Source of the DNA: Longimicrobiales bacterium
GTDB lineage: Bacteria > Gemmatimonadota > Gemmatimonadetes > Longimicrobiales > Gaopeijiaceae
Assembly: GCA_965248195.1 (NCBI GenBank)
Contig: CBDFIQ010000001.1
Location: forward strand, 448,001-512,000
Direction: 5' to 3'
Length of the DNA: 64,000 nt
Below, in pieces: positions 30,463 to 40,621 of the stretch. Numbering within the stretch: the stretch's first letter is position 1; every line of letters starts with the position of its first letter. The notes beneath the pieces are model-generated. The model worked only from the letters and a program-made list of their open reading frames with translations, did not search any database and was not told where the DNA came from. Both the position numbers and the translations under genes were made by a program.

Positions 30463-31470
30463 TTAGAGAGCAATATCCTGTGTGGTGAGGGAAGGGATGG
30501 GAGGATTGATGTAGACGGCCTCCGGGAGCGGTTTGGGCTTCGGCACACCTGTGACGAAGCGTTCGGGATGAGCGGCCCATGCTTCGCGGAGCACGGATTT
30601 CCTGCCGGCAATGACCTGATCGGCGTTCCCGAAGTGGACCTGCTCGGGGGTTAGCATCGAGATACCGCCATGGCGGTGCTCGGCATTGTACCAGCGGAAG
30701 AACGATCGACACAACGTCTTGGCCTGGCCCTGATCCCCGAACCGCCCGGGAAACGAGGGATGGTACTTCAAGGTTTTGAACTGAGCCTCGGAAAACGGGT
30801 TGTCATCCGACACCTGAGGCCGGCTCAACGAGCGAGTCACGCCGAGGTCAGCGAGAAGTTGAGCGGTGCATTGGCTCGTCATTGGAGCTCCCCGATCCGA
30901 GTGCAGGGTCAGGACCCGGGGCTGGACGCCATGCTTCAGGCAGCTCTGCTGGATCAACCGGCCGGCCAGGGCCGAGTTCTCCCGGTCCGCCACCATCCAG
31001 CCCACGACGTAGCGGCTGTAGATGTCCATGATGACGTAGAGGTAGTAATAGCTCCACTTCTTCGGCCCGAGTAGCCGCGTGATATCCCAGGACCACACCT
31101 GGTTCGGCGCCGTGGCCATCAACTCGGGCTTCTTGTACTCGGGATGGGTGCGCTGCGCCCGGCGTTCCTGAACCGGCACCTCGGAGGCCAGAACACGATA
31201 CATCGTGCGTTCGCTGCACAGGTAGACCTCTTCGTCGAGCAGCGTGGCCACCACCTCGGCGGGTGAGCGGTCCACGAACCGCTCCGAACACAGCGTGTCG
31301 AAGACCTCGCCTCGTTCCGTCTCGCTCAATGCCCGGGCGGGCGTCGGGCGGGGCTGCCGTTGCCCGGTCGATGGGCCTCGACGACGGTAGAACGTCGATC
31401 GGGAGACCTCGAGAGCCGCGCACGCCGGTTTTACACCGACGTGCTTAGCCAGCTCATCGGCCGCCTTCAA
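30463..31470 (-). CDS. IS3-family transposase OrfB (rve DDE)
   Basis: WSWDIT, HSDRG, DNPFSEAQFKTLK. Confidence 0.93.
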   Translation of the reverse strand: MKAADELAKHVGVKPACAALEVSRSTFYRRRGPSTGQRQPRPTPARALSETERGEVFDTLCSERFVDRSPAEVVATLLDEEVYLCSERTMYRVLASEVPVQERRAQRTHPEYKKPELMATAPNQVWSWDITRLLGPKKWSYYYLYVIMDIYSRYVVGWMVADRENSALAGRLIQQSCLKHGVQPRVLTLHSDRGAPMTSQCTAQLLADLGVTRSLSRPQVSDDNPFSEAQFKTLKYHPSFPGRFGDQGQAKTLCRSFFRWYNAEHRHGGISMLTPEQVHFGNADQVIAGRKSVLREAWAAHPERFVTGVPKPKPLPEAVYINPPIPSLTTQDIAL

Positions 31471-31916
31471 GAGTTCGTCCCGTCGTCGAGGCTTATCCCC
31501 AGCAGCCCCGCAACTTTTCCCTGCACGTCGATGATCAGGTGTGCCTTCCTGAGCTCATTCTCGAGCCGTGCGTTTTGCCGCTCCAGCTTGCGTACCTTCT
31601 CATCCAGCGGATTCCGCTCCGGCTTGCGGCCGCGTTTCTTCGACAGGGCCTTCAGCGACCCGCTATGCGCCGCCTTGCGCCACGTCGTCAGGTGCGACGA
31701 GTACAGGCCCTCGCGCCGCAGGAGCTGACCCACCTCGCCGGGCTCGGTGCACCGGTCCGCTTCTTCGACGATCCGCAGCTTGTACGATGGACTGAACCGC
31801 CGGCGTAGCGGCCTATCTACTACCTCCGGGTCCGCAGGAGCTGCCGCGCTTCGCTTGGCCTCCCCGATTCCAGGGGCACTACCATTCTCTTCCATTCTCT
31901 CTCGCAGTCCCAACAT
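31467..31916 (-). CDS. IS3-family OrfA
   Basis: RRRFSPSYKLRIVEE..LLRREGLYSSHLTTWR plus coiled coil. Confidence 0.9.
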   Translation of the reverse strand: MLGLRERMEENGSAPGIGEAKRSAAAPADPEVVDRPLRRRFSPSYKLRIVEEADRCTEPGEVGQLLRREGLYSSHLTTWRKAAHSGSLKALSKKRGRKPERNPLDEKVRKLERQNARLENELRKAHLIIDVQGKVAGLLGISLDDGTNS

Positions 31917-32803
31917 GTTCGTTTTCTCTGCCTTCGCCCTACTCTAATTCTTTGCGTGCTCCGTGTCTCACGTACGTTGGCAGAGAGGGCGATAACGGCC
32001 GTAGACTCGATAAACATCCCCGTGAGACCGTAGTTCGCGAGGAATATCCAGCCGCTCCACTTCGCAAATTGGTTCTCAAGGTCGGCCAATCGTGGGGATA
32101 CGGATTCTGCAATATGGAGCTCACTCGAAAGGCGCTCGCGAACGGCCGAATAGCACTCCAGCAACCCGCCTCGGTTCGCACCCTCTAGCAAACCAACAAA
32201 CGGGGCGAGCTTCGCCTTGATAAGGGGGATGTTGAGATCCTTGCCAAAGATCAGGTTCTTACCCGGCAACGGTAGGATATAGGAGCCGTTCCGCTCCTCC
32301 CATTCGTAAGACTCCAAGTGCTTCGCATCGGAAGGGGCCCAATCCTGAACTTTCACTTCATTGCTAAGCAACAGAACCATAAGGAGATGCTCAAAGAAAT
32401 TCGCCGCCATAGGTTGTCCAGCTGCACTCAGAACGGATTGGGGTGAATCAGCCGTGTCCAAGAGGCCTGTCGCATAATCCAGCAGGCTAAGTACCTCGGG
32501 GCCCATGTTGAGAAGAGTCTTCGCGTCATCTGCTGCCCTATTCACCTCGCTGAGAGGCGACGTAGCGGCTAGGCGATGGATGTACCAAGACTCGGTGAGC
32601 CGATTCACGACTAGATCCTCGACATCTACGACGGACGCGTGGGCGAAGGCGTTCCCCCAAGATTGAAGAACCGCGTGAGGGCGAGCGCGCCTTCGGTAAC
32701 TTTGATAAAAGAACCCGACCACACCCGAGACGAGGGCAATGACCAACTCTGGTAAGATGCTCACGAAGAATTCCATTCAGGCCTCCTCCATGTTGGCGCG
32801 CCA

Positions 32804-33040
32804 GCTAACTCCCTTTGCTTAAACGCTTCCGACGGCCCGCTTGCCAAAGCCTCGGACGCGCTACGACTGAACAGAATGAGTTGGTAAGTCGGCTCCGCGC
32901 CAGACCTTGGGATCGATCCAGCGGGCATCCTGCCCGAGGGATCGGGTTCTTCTCTGTTCCTAGCCGGTTGGGGAGCCTTTCTCCCCTAGGTGTGGGTCCT
33001 GGGTAGGTGAGCGATCTCGAAGGCGCTCTCACGCGATTCC
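32804..33040 (-). other. attI-like platform repeat, copy 2
   Basis: Ends at minus-strand AAGCAAAGGGA-GTTAGCT, exactly where the cassette begins. Confidence 0.55.
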
Positions 33041-33164
33041 ATCCATCTGGTGGTGAGGCGTTGAAACATGAAAAGTGGCCACTATCTATGTTTCCACCCC
33101 TCGGACCATGATTGCACGGAGCTTCTGGACGGAGAGTTCGAGGAACTTCAGGAGCTTGAAATGC

Positions 33165-33215
33165 GGCTCTTCAGCAGACTCGATCACCTAGTCGGTGCTG
33201 CACTTCAAAGTTTAT
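33165..33215. repeat. Third partial copy of the att-junction flank
   Basis: TTCAGCAGACTCGATCA.CTAGTC....TGCACTTCAAAGTT matches 14591-14633 and 29985-30004. Confidence 0.6.
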
Positions 33216-33368
33216 CCTCAATCCCGCCCGCCGTCGGATCACGAGAGAGCTTGGCACCTCGCGATTCGACCACGACTCCCTGGGCCACGTCCCGCGAGAT
33301 CGTCGACAAGCGCTTGGTATAGCCAGTCGGATTCCCCCTCAACCCCTATCGCCTCGCGGCGCAGAGCA

Positions 33369-33490
33369 TGAATCACCCCGGGTTTGCCGGAGACTCCATC
33401 AGTTGAGAGGATGGAGTCATGAAAAGGAAAGGACAGTACTCCCCAGAGGTACGGGAGCGAGCCGTTCGGATGGTTTTCGAGCACGAGCCT
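33369..33490 (+). mobile_element. IS3-family IS51-group left-end stub
   Basis: IRL TGAATCACCCCGGGTTTGCCGGAGAC followed by MKRKGQYSPEVRERAVRMVFEHE; cut by IS3 copy B. Confidence 0.75.
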
Positions 33491-33530
33491 CGGAACCTGT
33501 CAACGACAATGGGACACTCTACGGGATTAA

Positions 33531-34538
33531 TTAGAGAGCAATATCCTGTGTGGTGAGGGAAGGGATGGGAGGATTGATGTAGACGGCCTCCGGGAGCGGT
33601 TTGGGCTTCGGCACACCTGTGACGAAGCGTTCGGGATGAGCGGCCCATGCTTCGCGGAGCACGGATTTCCTGCCGGCAATGACCTGATCGGCGTTCCCGA
33701 AGTGGACCTGCTCGGGGGTTAGCATCGAGATACCGCCATGGCGGTGCTCGGCATTGTACCAGCGGAAGAACGATCGACACAACGTCTTGGCCTGGCCCTG
33801 ATCCCCGAACCGCCCGGGAAACGAGGGATGGTACTTCAAGGTTTTGAACTGAGCCTCGGAAAACGGGTTGTCATCCGACACCTGAGGCCGGCTCAACGAG
33901 CGAGTCACGCCGAGGTCAGCGAGAAGTTGAGCGGTGCATTGGCTCGTCATTGGAGCTCCCCGATCCGAGTGCAGGGTCAGGACCCGGGGCTGGACGCCAT
34001 GCTTCAGGCAGCTCTGCTGGATCAACCGGCCGGCCAGGGCCGAGTTCTCCCGGTCCGCCACCATCCAGCCCACGACGTAGCGGCTGTAGATGTCCATGAT
34101 GACGTAGAGGTAGTAATAGCTCCACTTCTTCGGCCCGAGTAGCCGCGTGATATCCCAGGACCACACCTGGTTCGGCGCCGTGGCCATCAACTCGGGCTTC
34201 TTGTACTCGGGATGGGTGCGCTGCGCCCGGCGTTCCTGAACCGGCACCTCGGAGGCCAGAACACGATACATCGTGCGTTCGCTGCACAGGTAGACCTCTT
34301 CGTCGAGCAGCGTGGCCACCACCTCGGCGGGTGAGCGGTCCACGAACCGCTCCGAACACAGCGTGTCGAAGACCTCGCCTCGTTCCGTCTCGCTCAATGC
34401 CCGGGCGGGCGTCGGGCGGGGCTGCCGTTGCCCGGTCGATGGGCCTCGACGACGGTAGAACGTCGATCGGGAGACCTCGAGAGCCGCGCACGCCGGTTTT
34501 ACACCGACGTGCTTAGCCAGCTCATCGGCCGCCTTCAA
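33531..34538 (-). CDS. IS3-family OrfB
   Basis: Identical protein to copy A. Confidence 0.92.
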   Translation of the reverse strand: MKAADELAKHVGVKPACAALEVSRSTFYRRRGPSTGQRQPRPTPARALSETERGEVFDTLCSERFVDRSPAEVVATLLDEEVYLCSERTMYRVLASEVPVQERRAQRTHPEYKKPELMATAPNQVWSWDITRLLGPKKWSYYYLYVIMDIYSRYVVGWMVADRENSALAGRLIQQSCLKHGVQPRVLTLHSDRGAPMTSQCTAQLLADLGVTRSLSRPQVSDDNPFSEAQFKTLKYHPSFPGRFGDQGQAKTLCRSFFRWYNAEHRHGGISMLTPEQVHFGNADQVIAGRKSVLREAWAAHPERFVTGVPKPKPLPEAVYINPPIPSLTTQDIAL

Positions 34539-34984
34539 GAGTTCGTCCCGTCGTCGAGGCTTATCCCCAGCAGCCCCGCAACTTTTCCCTGCACGTCGAT
34601 GATCAGGTGTGCCTTCCTGAGCTCATTCTCGAGCCGTGCGTTTTGCCGCTCCAGCTTGCGTACCTTCTCATCCAGCGGATTCCGCTCCGGCTTGCGGCCG
34701 CGTTTCTTCGACAGGGCCTTCAGCGACCCGCTATGCGCCGCCTTGCGCCACGTCGTCAGGTGCGACGAGTACAGGCCCTCGCGCCGCAGGAGCTGACCCA
34801 CCTCGCCGGGCTCGGTGCACCGGTCCGCTTCTTCGACGATCCGCAGCTTGTACGATGGACTGAACCGCCGGCGTAGCGGCCTATCTACTACCTCCGGGTC
34901 CGCAGGAGCTGCCGCGCTTCGCTTGGCCTCCCCGATTCCAGGGGCACTACCATTCTCTTCCATTCTCTCTCGCAGTCCCAACAT
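34535..34984 (-). CDS. IS3-family OrfA
   Basis: Identical protein to copy A. Confidence 0.9.
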   Translation of the reverse strand: MLGLRERMEENGSAPGIGEAKRSAAAPADPEVVDRPLRRRFSPSYKLRIVEEADRCTEPGEVGQLLRREGLYSSHLTTWRKAAHSGSLKALSKKRGRKPERNPLDEKVRKLERQNARLENELRKAHLIIDVQGKVAGLLGISLDDGTNS

Positions 34985-35024
34985 GTTCGTTTTCTCTGCC
35001 TTCGCCCTACTCTAATTCTTTGCG

Positions 35025-36400
35025 GGTAGTGTCCCTAGATTTGTGTAAAAGCGGATAAGCTGGACAGGAGGGAAAGAAAAACGGAAGCTCCTCTGTTGTT
35101 GTTCACTGTCACATGAACCCGGGAGTCCGGGTCTGCAGAGCAGGCTCGGAACCGGAGAGGAGCTTCCGATGCAAGAGATTGTGGAGATCGGTCGGGCCAC
35201 GCAAGACGAGCTACGCGATGATTTGCGCGAGCTGTTTCAAGGCGCGATCCGGCTGACGCTCGAGATGGTGCTGGAAGAGGAGCTGAAGGCCATGGTAGGT
35301 GCACGCCGCTTCGAGCGGGTGGGAAGCCGGAAGGACCATAGGAACGGCACATACCTGAGGCGGCTGCTGACGAGCCTGGGGCAGATCGAGGTCGCCATGC
35401 CCCGGAGCCGGGACAACGGTTCGCCGGCCGACGTGATCGGCCGCTACCAGCGCAGGAGCCCCGAGCTCGACGAGATGATGGTCGAGGCGTATGTGAGCGG
35501 CGTGTCACAGCGCAAGATGGGCGACGTCACCGAGGCGCTGATGGGCGAGCGTGTTGGGCGCTCGACGGTGAGTCGTGTGGCAAAACGGCTCGACGAGGCC
35601 GTGGAAGGGCTGCGCCGTGCGCCGATCGAGGGGCCTCACCCCTATCTGTACCTGGACGCCACGTTCTTGGACGCCCGCTGGGCCCGCAAAGTCGAGAACG
35701 TGAGTGCGCTCGTGGCGTATGCAGTGGGCCCTGAGGGTCACCGACGGCTCCTGGCCGTCACGCTGGGCGCTGAGGAGTCGCAGCAGAGCTGGTCGGAGCT
35801 CCTCGAGCAACTCCAGGACCGCGGCCTCGGCGGTGTCGAGCTCGTGATCGCCGATGAGCACGCAGGCCTGGCAGCTGCGGTCCGCCGCTTCCTGCCCGAG
35901 GCACGCCGTCAGAGGTGTACGGTCCATCTGCAGCGTAATGTGGGGGCGAGGGTCCCCCACCGCCTACGCAAGCGCGTGGCGCGTGAGGTCTCGGTGATCT
36001 TCCAGACATCCGGACTCGCCGAGGCGAAGAAGCTCCTGGGCGAGTTCGGCGCACGCTGGAAGAAGGAGCTGCCCGAGGCCGTGGAGGTCCTGGAGCGGGG
36101 CTTCGGGGCAGCGACGCAGTTCTACGCGTTCCCCGAGGCGCACTGGCCCCGGCTGCGTACCACCAACAGCCTCGAGCGGCTGCACGGCGAGATCAAACGC
36201 AGGATCAAGGCCGCCGGCGCCTTCCCGGACCGGGCCAGCGCCCTCAGGCTCATCACGGCCGTCGCACTCAGGACCACACACGTCTGGGGCGACCGGCGTT
36301 ACCTCGACCTCTCACTCCTCCAGAAACAGGAGGTCGCCCAAGCAGCCTAGCCGAAGGCGAGGAGCTTCCTCCGCTTTTACACACAAATCGGGACTTGACC
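35025..36400 (+). mobile_element. IS256-family IS, copy 4
   Basis: 1376 bp; no matching TSD. Confidence 0.95.
35169..36350 (+). CDS. IS256-family transposase
   Basis: Identical protein. Confidence 0.95.
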   Translation: MQEIVEIGRATQDELRDDLRELFQGAIRLTLEMVLEEELKAMVGARRFERVGSRKDHRNGTYLRRLLTSLGQIEVAMPRSRDNGSPADVIGRYQRRSPELDEMMVEAYVSGVSQRKMGDVTEALMGERVGRSTVSRVAKRLDEAVEGLRRAPIEGPHPYLYLDATFLDARWARKVENVSALVAYAVGPEGHRRLLAVTLGAEESQQSWSELLEQLQDRGLGGVELVIADEHAGLAAAVRRFLPEARRQRCTVHLQRNVGARVPHRLRKRVAREVSVIFQTSGLAEAKKLLGEFGARWKKELPEAVEVLERGFGAATQFYAFPEAHWPRLRTTNSLERLHGEIKRRIKAAGAFPDRASALRLITAVALRTTHVWGDRRYLDLSLLQKQEVAQAA

Positions 36401-37785
36401 GGGACCCTCGCCCCCACATTACGCTGCAGATGGACCGTACACCTCTGACGGCGTGCCTCGGGCAGGAAGCGGCGGACCGCAGCTGCCAGGCCTGCGTGCT
36501 CATCGGCGATCACGAGCTCGACACCGCCGAGGCCGCGGTCCTGGAGTTGCTCGAGGAGCTCCGACCAGCTCTGCTGCGACTCCTCAGCGCCCAGCGTGAC
36601 GGCCAGGAGCCGTCGGTGACCCTCAGGGCCCACTGCATACGCCACGAGCGCACTCACGTTCTCGACTTTGCGGGCCCAGCGGGCGTCCAAGAACGTGGCG
36701 TCCAGGTACAGATAGGGGTGAGGCCCCTCGATCGGCGCACGGCGCAGCCCTTCCACGGCCTCGTCGAGCCGTTTTGCCACACGACTCACCGTCGAGCGCC
36801 CAACACGCTCGCCCATCAGCGCCTCGGTGACGTCGCCCATCTTGCGCTGTGACACGCCGCTCACATACGCCTCGACCATCATCTCGTCGAGCTCGGGGCT
36901 CCTGCGCTGGTAGCGGCCGATCACGTCGGCCGGCGAACCGTTGTCCCGGCTCCGGGGCATGGCGACCTCGATCTGCCCCAGGCTCGTCAGCAGCCGCCTC
37001 AGGTATGTGCCGTTCCTATGGTCCTTCCGGCTTCCCACCCGCTCGAAGCGGCGTGCACCTACCATGGCCTTCAGCTCCTCTTCCAGCACCATCTCGAGCG
37101 TCAGCCGGATCGCGCCTTGAAACAGCTCGCGCAAATCATCGCGTAGCTCGTCTTGCGTGGCCCGACCGATCTCCACAATCTCTTGCATCGGAAGCTCCTC
37201 TCCGGTTCCGAGCCTGCTCTGCAGACCCGGACTCCCGGGTTCATGTGACAGTGAACAACAACAGAGGAGCTTCCGTTTTTCTTTCCCTCCTGTCCGGCTT
37301 ATCCGCTTTTACACAAATCTAGGGACACTACCGAGGGTCCCCCACCGCCTACGCAAGCGCGTGGCGCGTGAGGTCTCGGTGATCTTCCAGACATCCGGAC
37401 TCGCCGAGGCGAAGAAGCTCCTGGGCGAGTTCGGCGCACGCTGGAAGAAGGAGCTGCCCGAGGCCGTGGAGGTCCTGGAGCGGGGCTTCGGGGCAGCGAC
37501 GCAGTTCTACGCGTTCCCCGAGGCGCACTGGCCCCGGCTGCGTACCACCAACAGCCTCGAGCGGCTGCACGGCGAGATCAAACGCAGGATCAAGGCCGCC
37601 GGCGCCTTCCCGGACCGGGCCAGCGCCCTCAGGCTCATCACGGCCGTCGCACTCAGGACCACACACGTCTGGGGCGACCGGCGTTACCTCGACCTCTCAC
37701 TCCTCCAGAAACAGGAGGTCGCCCAAGCAGCCTAGCCGAAGGCGAGGAGCTTCCTCCGCTTTTACACACAAATCGGGACTTGACC
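36401..37785. mobile_element. Internally inverted IS256 copy (5' part inverted 36401-37332; 3' part 37333-37785)
   Basis: Both parts carry GAGGGTCCC at the breakpoint. Confidence 0.9.
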
Positions 37786-38533
37786 GTTGTTACTGCTACC
37801 CACTCACCGTCCAGGATGGCTTCAGTCGTTATCTGCTCGCCTGCCAGGGGCTCGAGGGCACCACCTACTCCGCCTCCCGTCGCGTCTTTACTCGCCTTTT
37901 CCGTGAGTTCGGCCTGCCCCAGCGCATCCGCACCGACAACGGGACACCCTTCGCTTCCATTGCTCTCGGCCGCCTCTCCCGACTCTCCGTCTGGTGGATC
38001 AAGCTCGGTATCCTGCCCGACCTCATCGAGCCCGCCTCACCCCAACAGAACGGCCGTCACGAACGCATGCACAAAGACCTCAAGGCCGAGGCCACCATCC
38101 CGCCTGCCGGAAACCGTTCCGCCCAGCAGAAGCGCTTCAACTTCTTCCGCACCGACTTCAACCAGATCCGTCCTCACGAAGCCCTAGGCCAGAAGCCGCC
38201 TGCTTCCGCATATCAACCCTCCACCCGCTCGTTCCCGACGAAGCTGAGCACACCCGACTACCCTGCTCACTTCGAAGTCCGCAAAGTCTCAACAAACGGA
38301 GGTATCCGATGGCACTCCGTCTGGATCAACGTCTCTCACCTGCTCGGTGGAGACTACATCGGTCTCGAAGAGATCGACCACGACATCTGGGCCGTCTACT
38401 TTGGCCCCGTCTCGCTCGGCTGGCTGCACATAAGAAAAGGTGCCATCCTCGACCACAATGGCTCCTCTTCTCGTAACCCAAAACTGTAACCCATCAAGGT
38501 TCAGTTTTTGTTACCCATCAGGGTTCGGGCTCA
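37786..38533 (+). mobile_element. IS481-family 3' fragment (integrase core to right end)
   Basis: CYPLTVQDGFSR..RTDNG..PQQNGRHERMHKDLK..RNPKL* (stop 38489); right-end tandem TGT(A/T)ACCCATCA boxes. Confidence 0.85.
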
Positions 38534-38585
38534 GCGGCCGACTAAATTTTAAAGTAATTACGATGTGCTTACGGGAGGTACGGAG

Positions 38586-38834
38586 TTGAAAGCCAAGATC
38601 GTTCGAATTGGAAACTCACGCGGCGTCCGAATTCCGAAACCTCTGCTTGAGGAGGCAGGGCTAGAGGAGCAGGTGCACCTGAGAGTCGTCGAAGGCGGAA
38701 TAATGATCGAGTCAGAGAGGGCTCCCAGAGCTGGATGGGCCGATGCCGCGGCTCTAGCGAACGAGCGTGGCGATGACACGTTCGTCGATGATGCGGTCCC
38801 GACCCGATTCGATGAGACCGATTGGGAATGGTAG
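38586..38834 (+). CDS. mazE: AbrB/MazE family antitoxin
   Basis: KIVRIGNSRGVRIPKPLL; overlaps the toxin start. Confidence 0.88.
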   Translation: MKAKIVRIGNSRGVRIPKPLLEEAGLEEQVHLRVVEGGIMIESERAPRAGWADAAALANERGDDTFVDDAVPTRFDETDWEW

Positions 38835-39166
38835 CAGGGGAAGCGGCGGTTCGCCGTGGAGACGTCTTCGTTGTGGCCCTGGATCCCACCGTCGGGAGGG
38901 AGATCAAGAAGACTCGCCCGTGCGTTGTGCTTTCTCCGGACGAACTGAATCGACACCTCAACACCGTCGTTGTGGCTCCCATGACAACCGGCGGGCACCC
39001 CTATCCGTTTCGAATCGCTTGCCGTTTCCAGAAGCGAGACGGATTCGTGGTGCTAGATCAGCTGAGGGCCGTCGACACACATCGGCTGACACGCAAACTT
39101 GGACGCCTCAGCCCTCGGGCGACCGCGAGCTCGCTCAGTGTTTTGCGGGAGATGTTCGCCGATTGA
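38828..39166 (+). CDS. mazF: PemK/MazF family toxin
   Basis: RGDVFVVALDPTVGREIKKTRPCVVLS..DQLRAVD. Confidence 0.92.
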   Translation: MVAGEAAVRRGDVFVVALDPTVGREIKKTRPCVVLSPDELNRHLNTVVVAPMTTGGHPYPFRIACRFQKRDGFVVLDQLRAVDTHRLTRKLGRLSPRATASSLSVLREMFAD

Positions 39167-39177
39167 TTCTGAAGGCT

Positions 39178-39279
39178 GCCTAACGTCTCGCGATTCTACT
39201 GCGCGGCCAATCTGGTCACCGAGCGCGGAACGCGCGAGCCCCCCGCTCCTGCCGCGACTGTAGCAATCGCTTGCTATGC
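39178..39279 (-). repeat. attC site (R'' mutated)
   Basis: GCCTAAC..GATTCTACTGCGCG..AATCGCTT-GCTATGC. Confidence 0.8.
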
Positions 39280-39338
39280 GGCTCCCTGGGTGGGACTGAG
39301 ACCGTTGTGGCATCCGAGCCCACATGTATCGCGCTTCC

Positions 39339-39905
39339 CTACCTCCTTACCTCGTGGCGGAGTGCCACCATCCCGCTTGTGTACGCCTTCACCTCCACGA
39401 GGTGCAGGGCGACATCCTTGTCGAGCCCGTCGAAGAATGGAATTCCTTCACCGATCAGTATGGGCATGATCGAATAGCGAACTTCGTCAGCCAGTCCGAG
39501 CCGAAGGCATTCACCCGAGACGGCGCCCCCTCCGACGAACCAAATGCTGCAGAAGGTTGGTTTCAGCCGCTCATTCACGAAGTGCGCGAGTTCGCCCGAG
39601 TAGAACTCGACCGTATCCCTCGTCTTCGGCAAGTCGCGACGGGTCAGGACGAAGGTCGGCTTGTCGCCATAGGACCAGCCGAACCCCCTGGCCTCGAAGT
39701 CCAATGCTGTCTCATAGGTTCGCGAGCCCATGACGTAGCAGTCGATCGTCTTGAGGAACTCCTGCGTGACCTCCGGATCCAGGATGTCCCCGTCCTCGAA
39801 CTCGTCTGACGTTTCAAGCCAGTCGACGCGCCCGTCCTTTCGGGCGATGAACCCGTCGAGGCTCGCCACCATGTGGATGGTTACGCAGGACTCTGTGCTC
39901 GCCAT
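39339..39905 (-). CDS. Dihydrofolate reductase family (RibD C-terminal) protein
   Basis: ASLDGFIA, MGSRTYE, WFVGGG, PILIGEGIPFF. Confidence 0.9.
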   Translation of the reverse strand: MASTESCVTIHMVASLDGFIARKDGRVDWLETSDEFEDGDILDPEVTQEFLKTIDCYVMGSRTYETALDFEARGFGWSYGDKPTFVLTRRDLPKTRDTVEFYSGELAHFVNERLKPTFCSIWFVGGGAVSGECLRLGLADEVRYSIMPILIGEGIPFFDGLDKDVALHLVEVKAYTSGMVALRHEVRR

Positions 39906-39981
39906 GGTCACGCCTCCGCGTTTGGGTGTGAGAGCGGCCAAGGCCCTGAACGACGCCACACGACAGCTGCCGGGGGGAGCC

Positions 39982-40082
39982 GCCTAACGTCTCTGCAATT
40001 CTGCTGCGCGCCTAATGTGGTGACCGCAAGCGAAGCGCGCGAGCCTGTTGCCTGCCGCGACTGCAGCAAACGCTTGTTAGGT
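39982..40082 (-). repeat. attC site, intact (101 bp)
   Basis: GCCTAAC..GTTAGGT with inner L-box inverted repeats. Confidence 0.88.
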
Positions 40083-40091
40083 AGCCGATCG

Positions 40092-40352
40092 CTATCTGTA
40101 GATGTCGCGTCGATGGCCGATCTTGACCACCGTGACGACGCGCTCATTATCGTCGACCACGTAGAGAATCCGGAACTGGCCCTGGCGGACTCGGTAACGA
40201 TCCTGGCCCGTGAGTTTCTCGCACCCCTGAGGACGCGGATCGACCTTCAGAGTGGAGATCTTGTCGACGATGCGAGTGCGGTCCGATTTACGGCCTACTG
40301 CTTCGAGCTCTTTGGCCGCGGAAGGCTTGATGAAAAGCTCATAGCTTTCCAC
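40092..40352 (-). CDS. relE: RelE/ParE family toxin
   Basis: DPRPQGCEKL..YRVRQGQFRILY..KIGHRRDIYR. Confidence 0.9.
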   Translation of the reverse strand: MESYELFIKPSAAKELEAVGRKSDRTRIVDKISTLKVDPRPQGCEKLTGQDRYRVRQGQFRILYVVDDNERVVTVVKIGHRRDIYR

Positions 40353-40572
40353 TGCGCCTCAAGTCCTTGACGACGCTCTCGAACGAGAGGTTGGGTTCAG
40401 AGGTTCTGGATTCGAACGCCTCCAAATCGGTGACGTCTTCCGAGAGGCTCTCGCGAACCGCCAAGTTGACGAGTTCCGAGAAGCTTCGATCGGTCTCTGC
40501 CGCCTTGAGGCGGAGGGCGCGATGAATCGACCCGTCGAAATAGACCGTGGTGCGGCGTGTATCCTCGCTCAT
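40339..40572 (-). CDS. CopG/RHH antitoxin
   Basis: RTTVYFDGSIHRALRLKAAETDRSFSELVN; overlaps the toxin gene. Confidence 0.85.
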   Translation of the reverse strand: MSEDTRRTTVYFDGSIHRALRLKAAETDRSFSELVNLAVRESLSEDVTDLEAFESRTSEPNLSFESVVKDLRRSGKL

Positions 40573-40621
40573 GCTCGCAATATGACCATATAACGTCATA
40601 GCGTCAAGACGTCACACGGCT

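Larger units (their letters stand above)
30423..31989 (-). mobile_element. IS3-family IS, copy A (1567 bp)
   Basis: orfA/orfB pair; TG..CA IRs lie 7 bp inside the conserved ends; TSD CGA. Confidence 0.92.
30076..32776 (-). pseudogene. Hypothetical cassette gene interrupted by IS3 copy A
   Basis: FIESTAVI joins EIRRKRGLRL in frame after removing the IS and the CGA duplication. Confidence 0.7.
33491..35024 (-). mobile_element. IS3-family IS, copy B (orfA-side end removed by IS256)
   Basis: Matches copy A up to TTTGCG. Confidence 0.92.
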
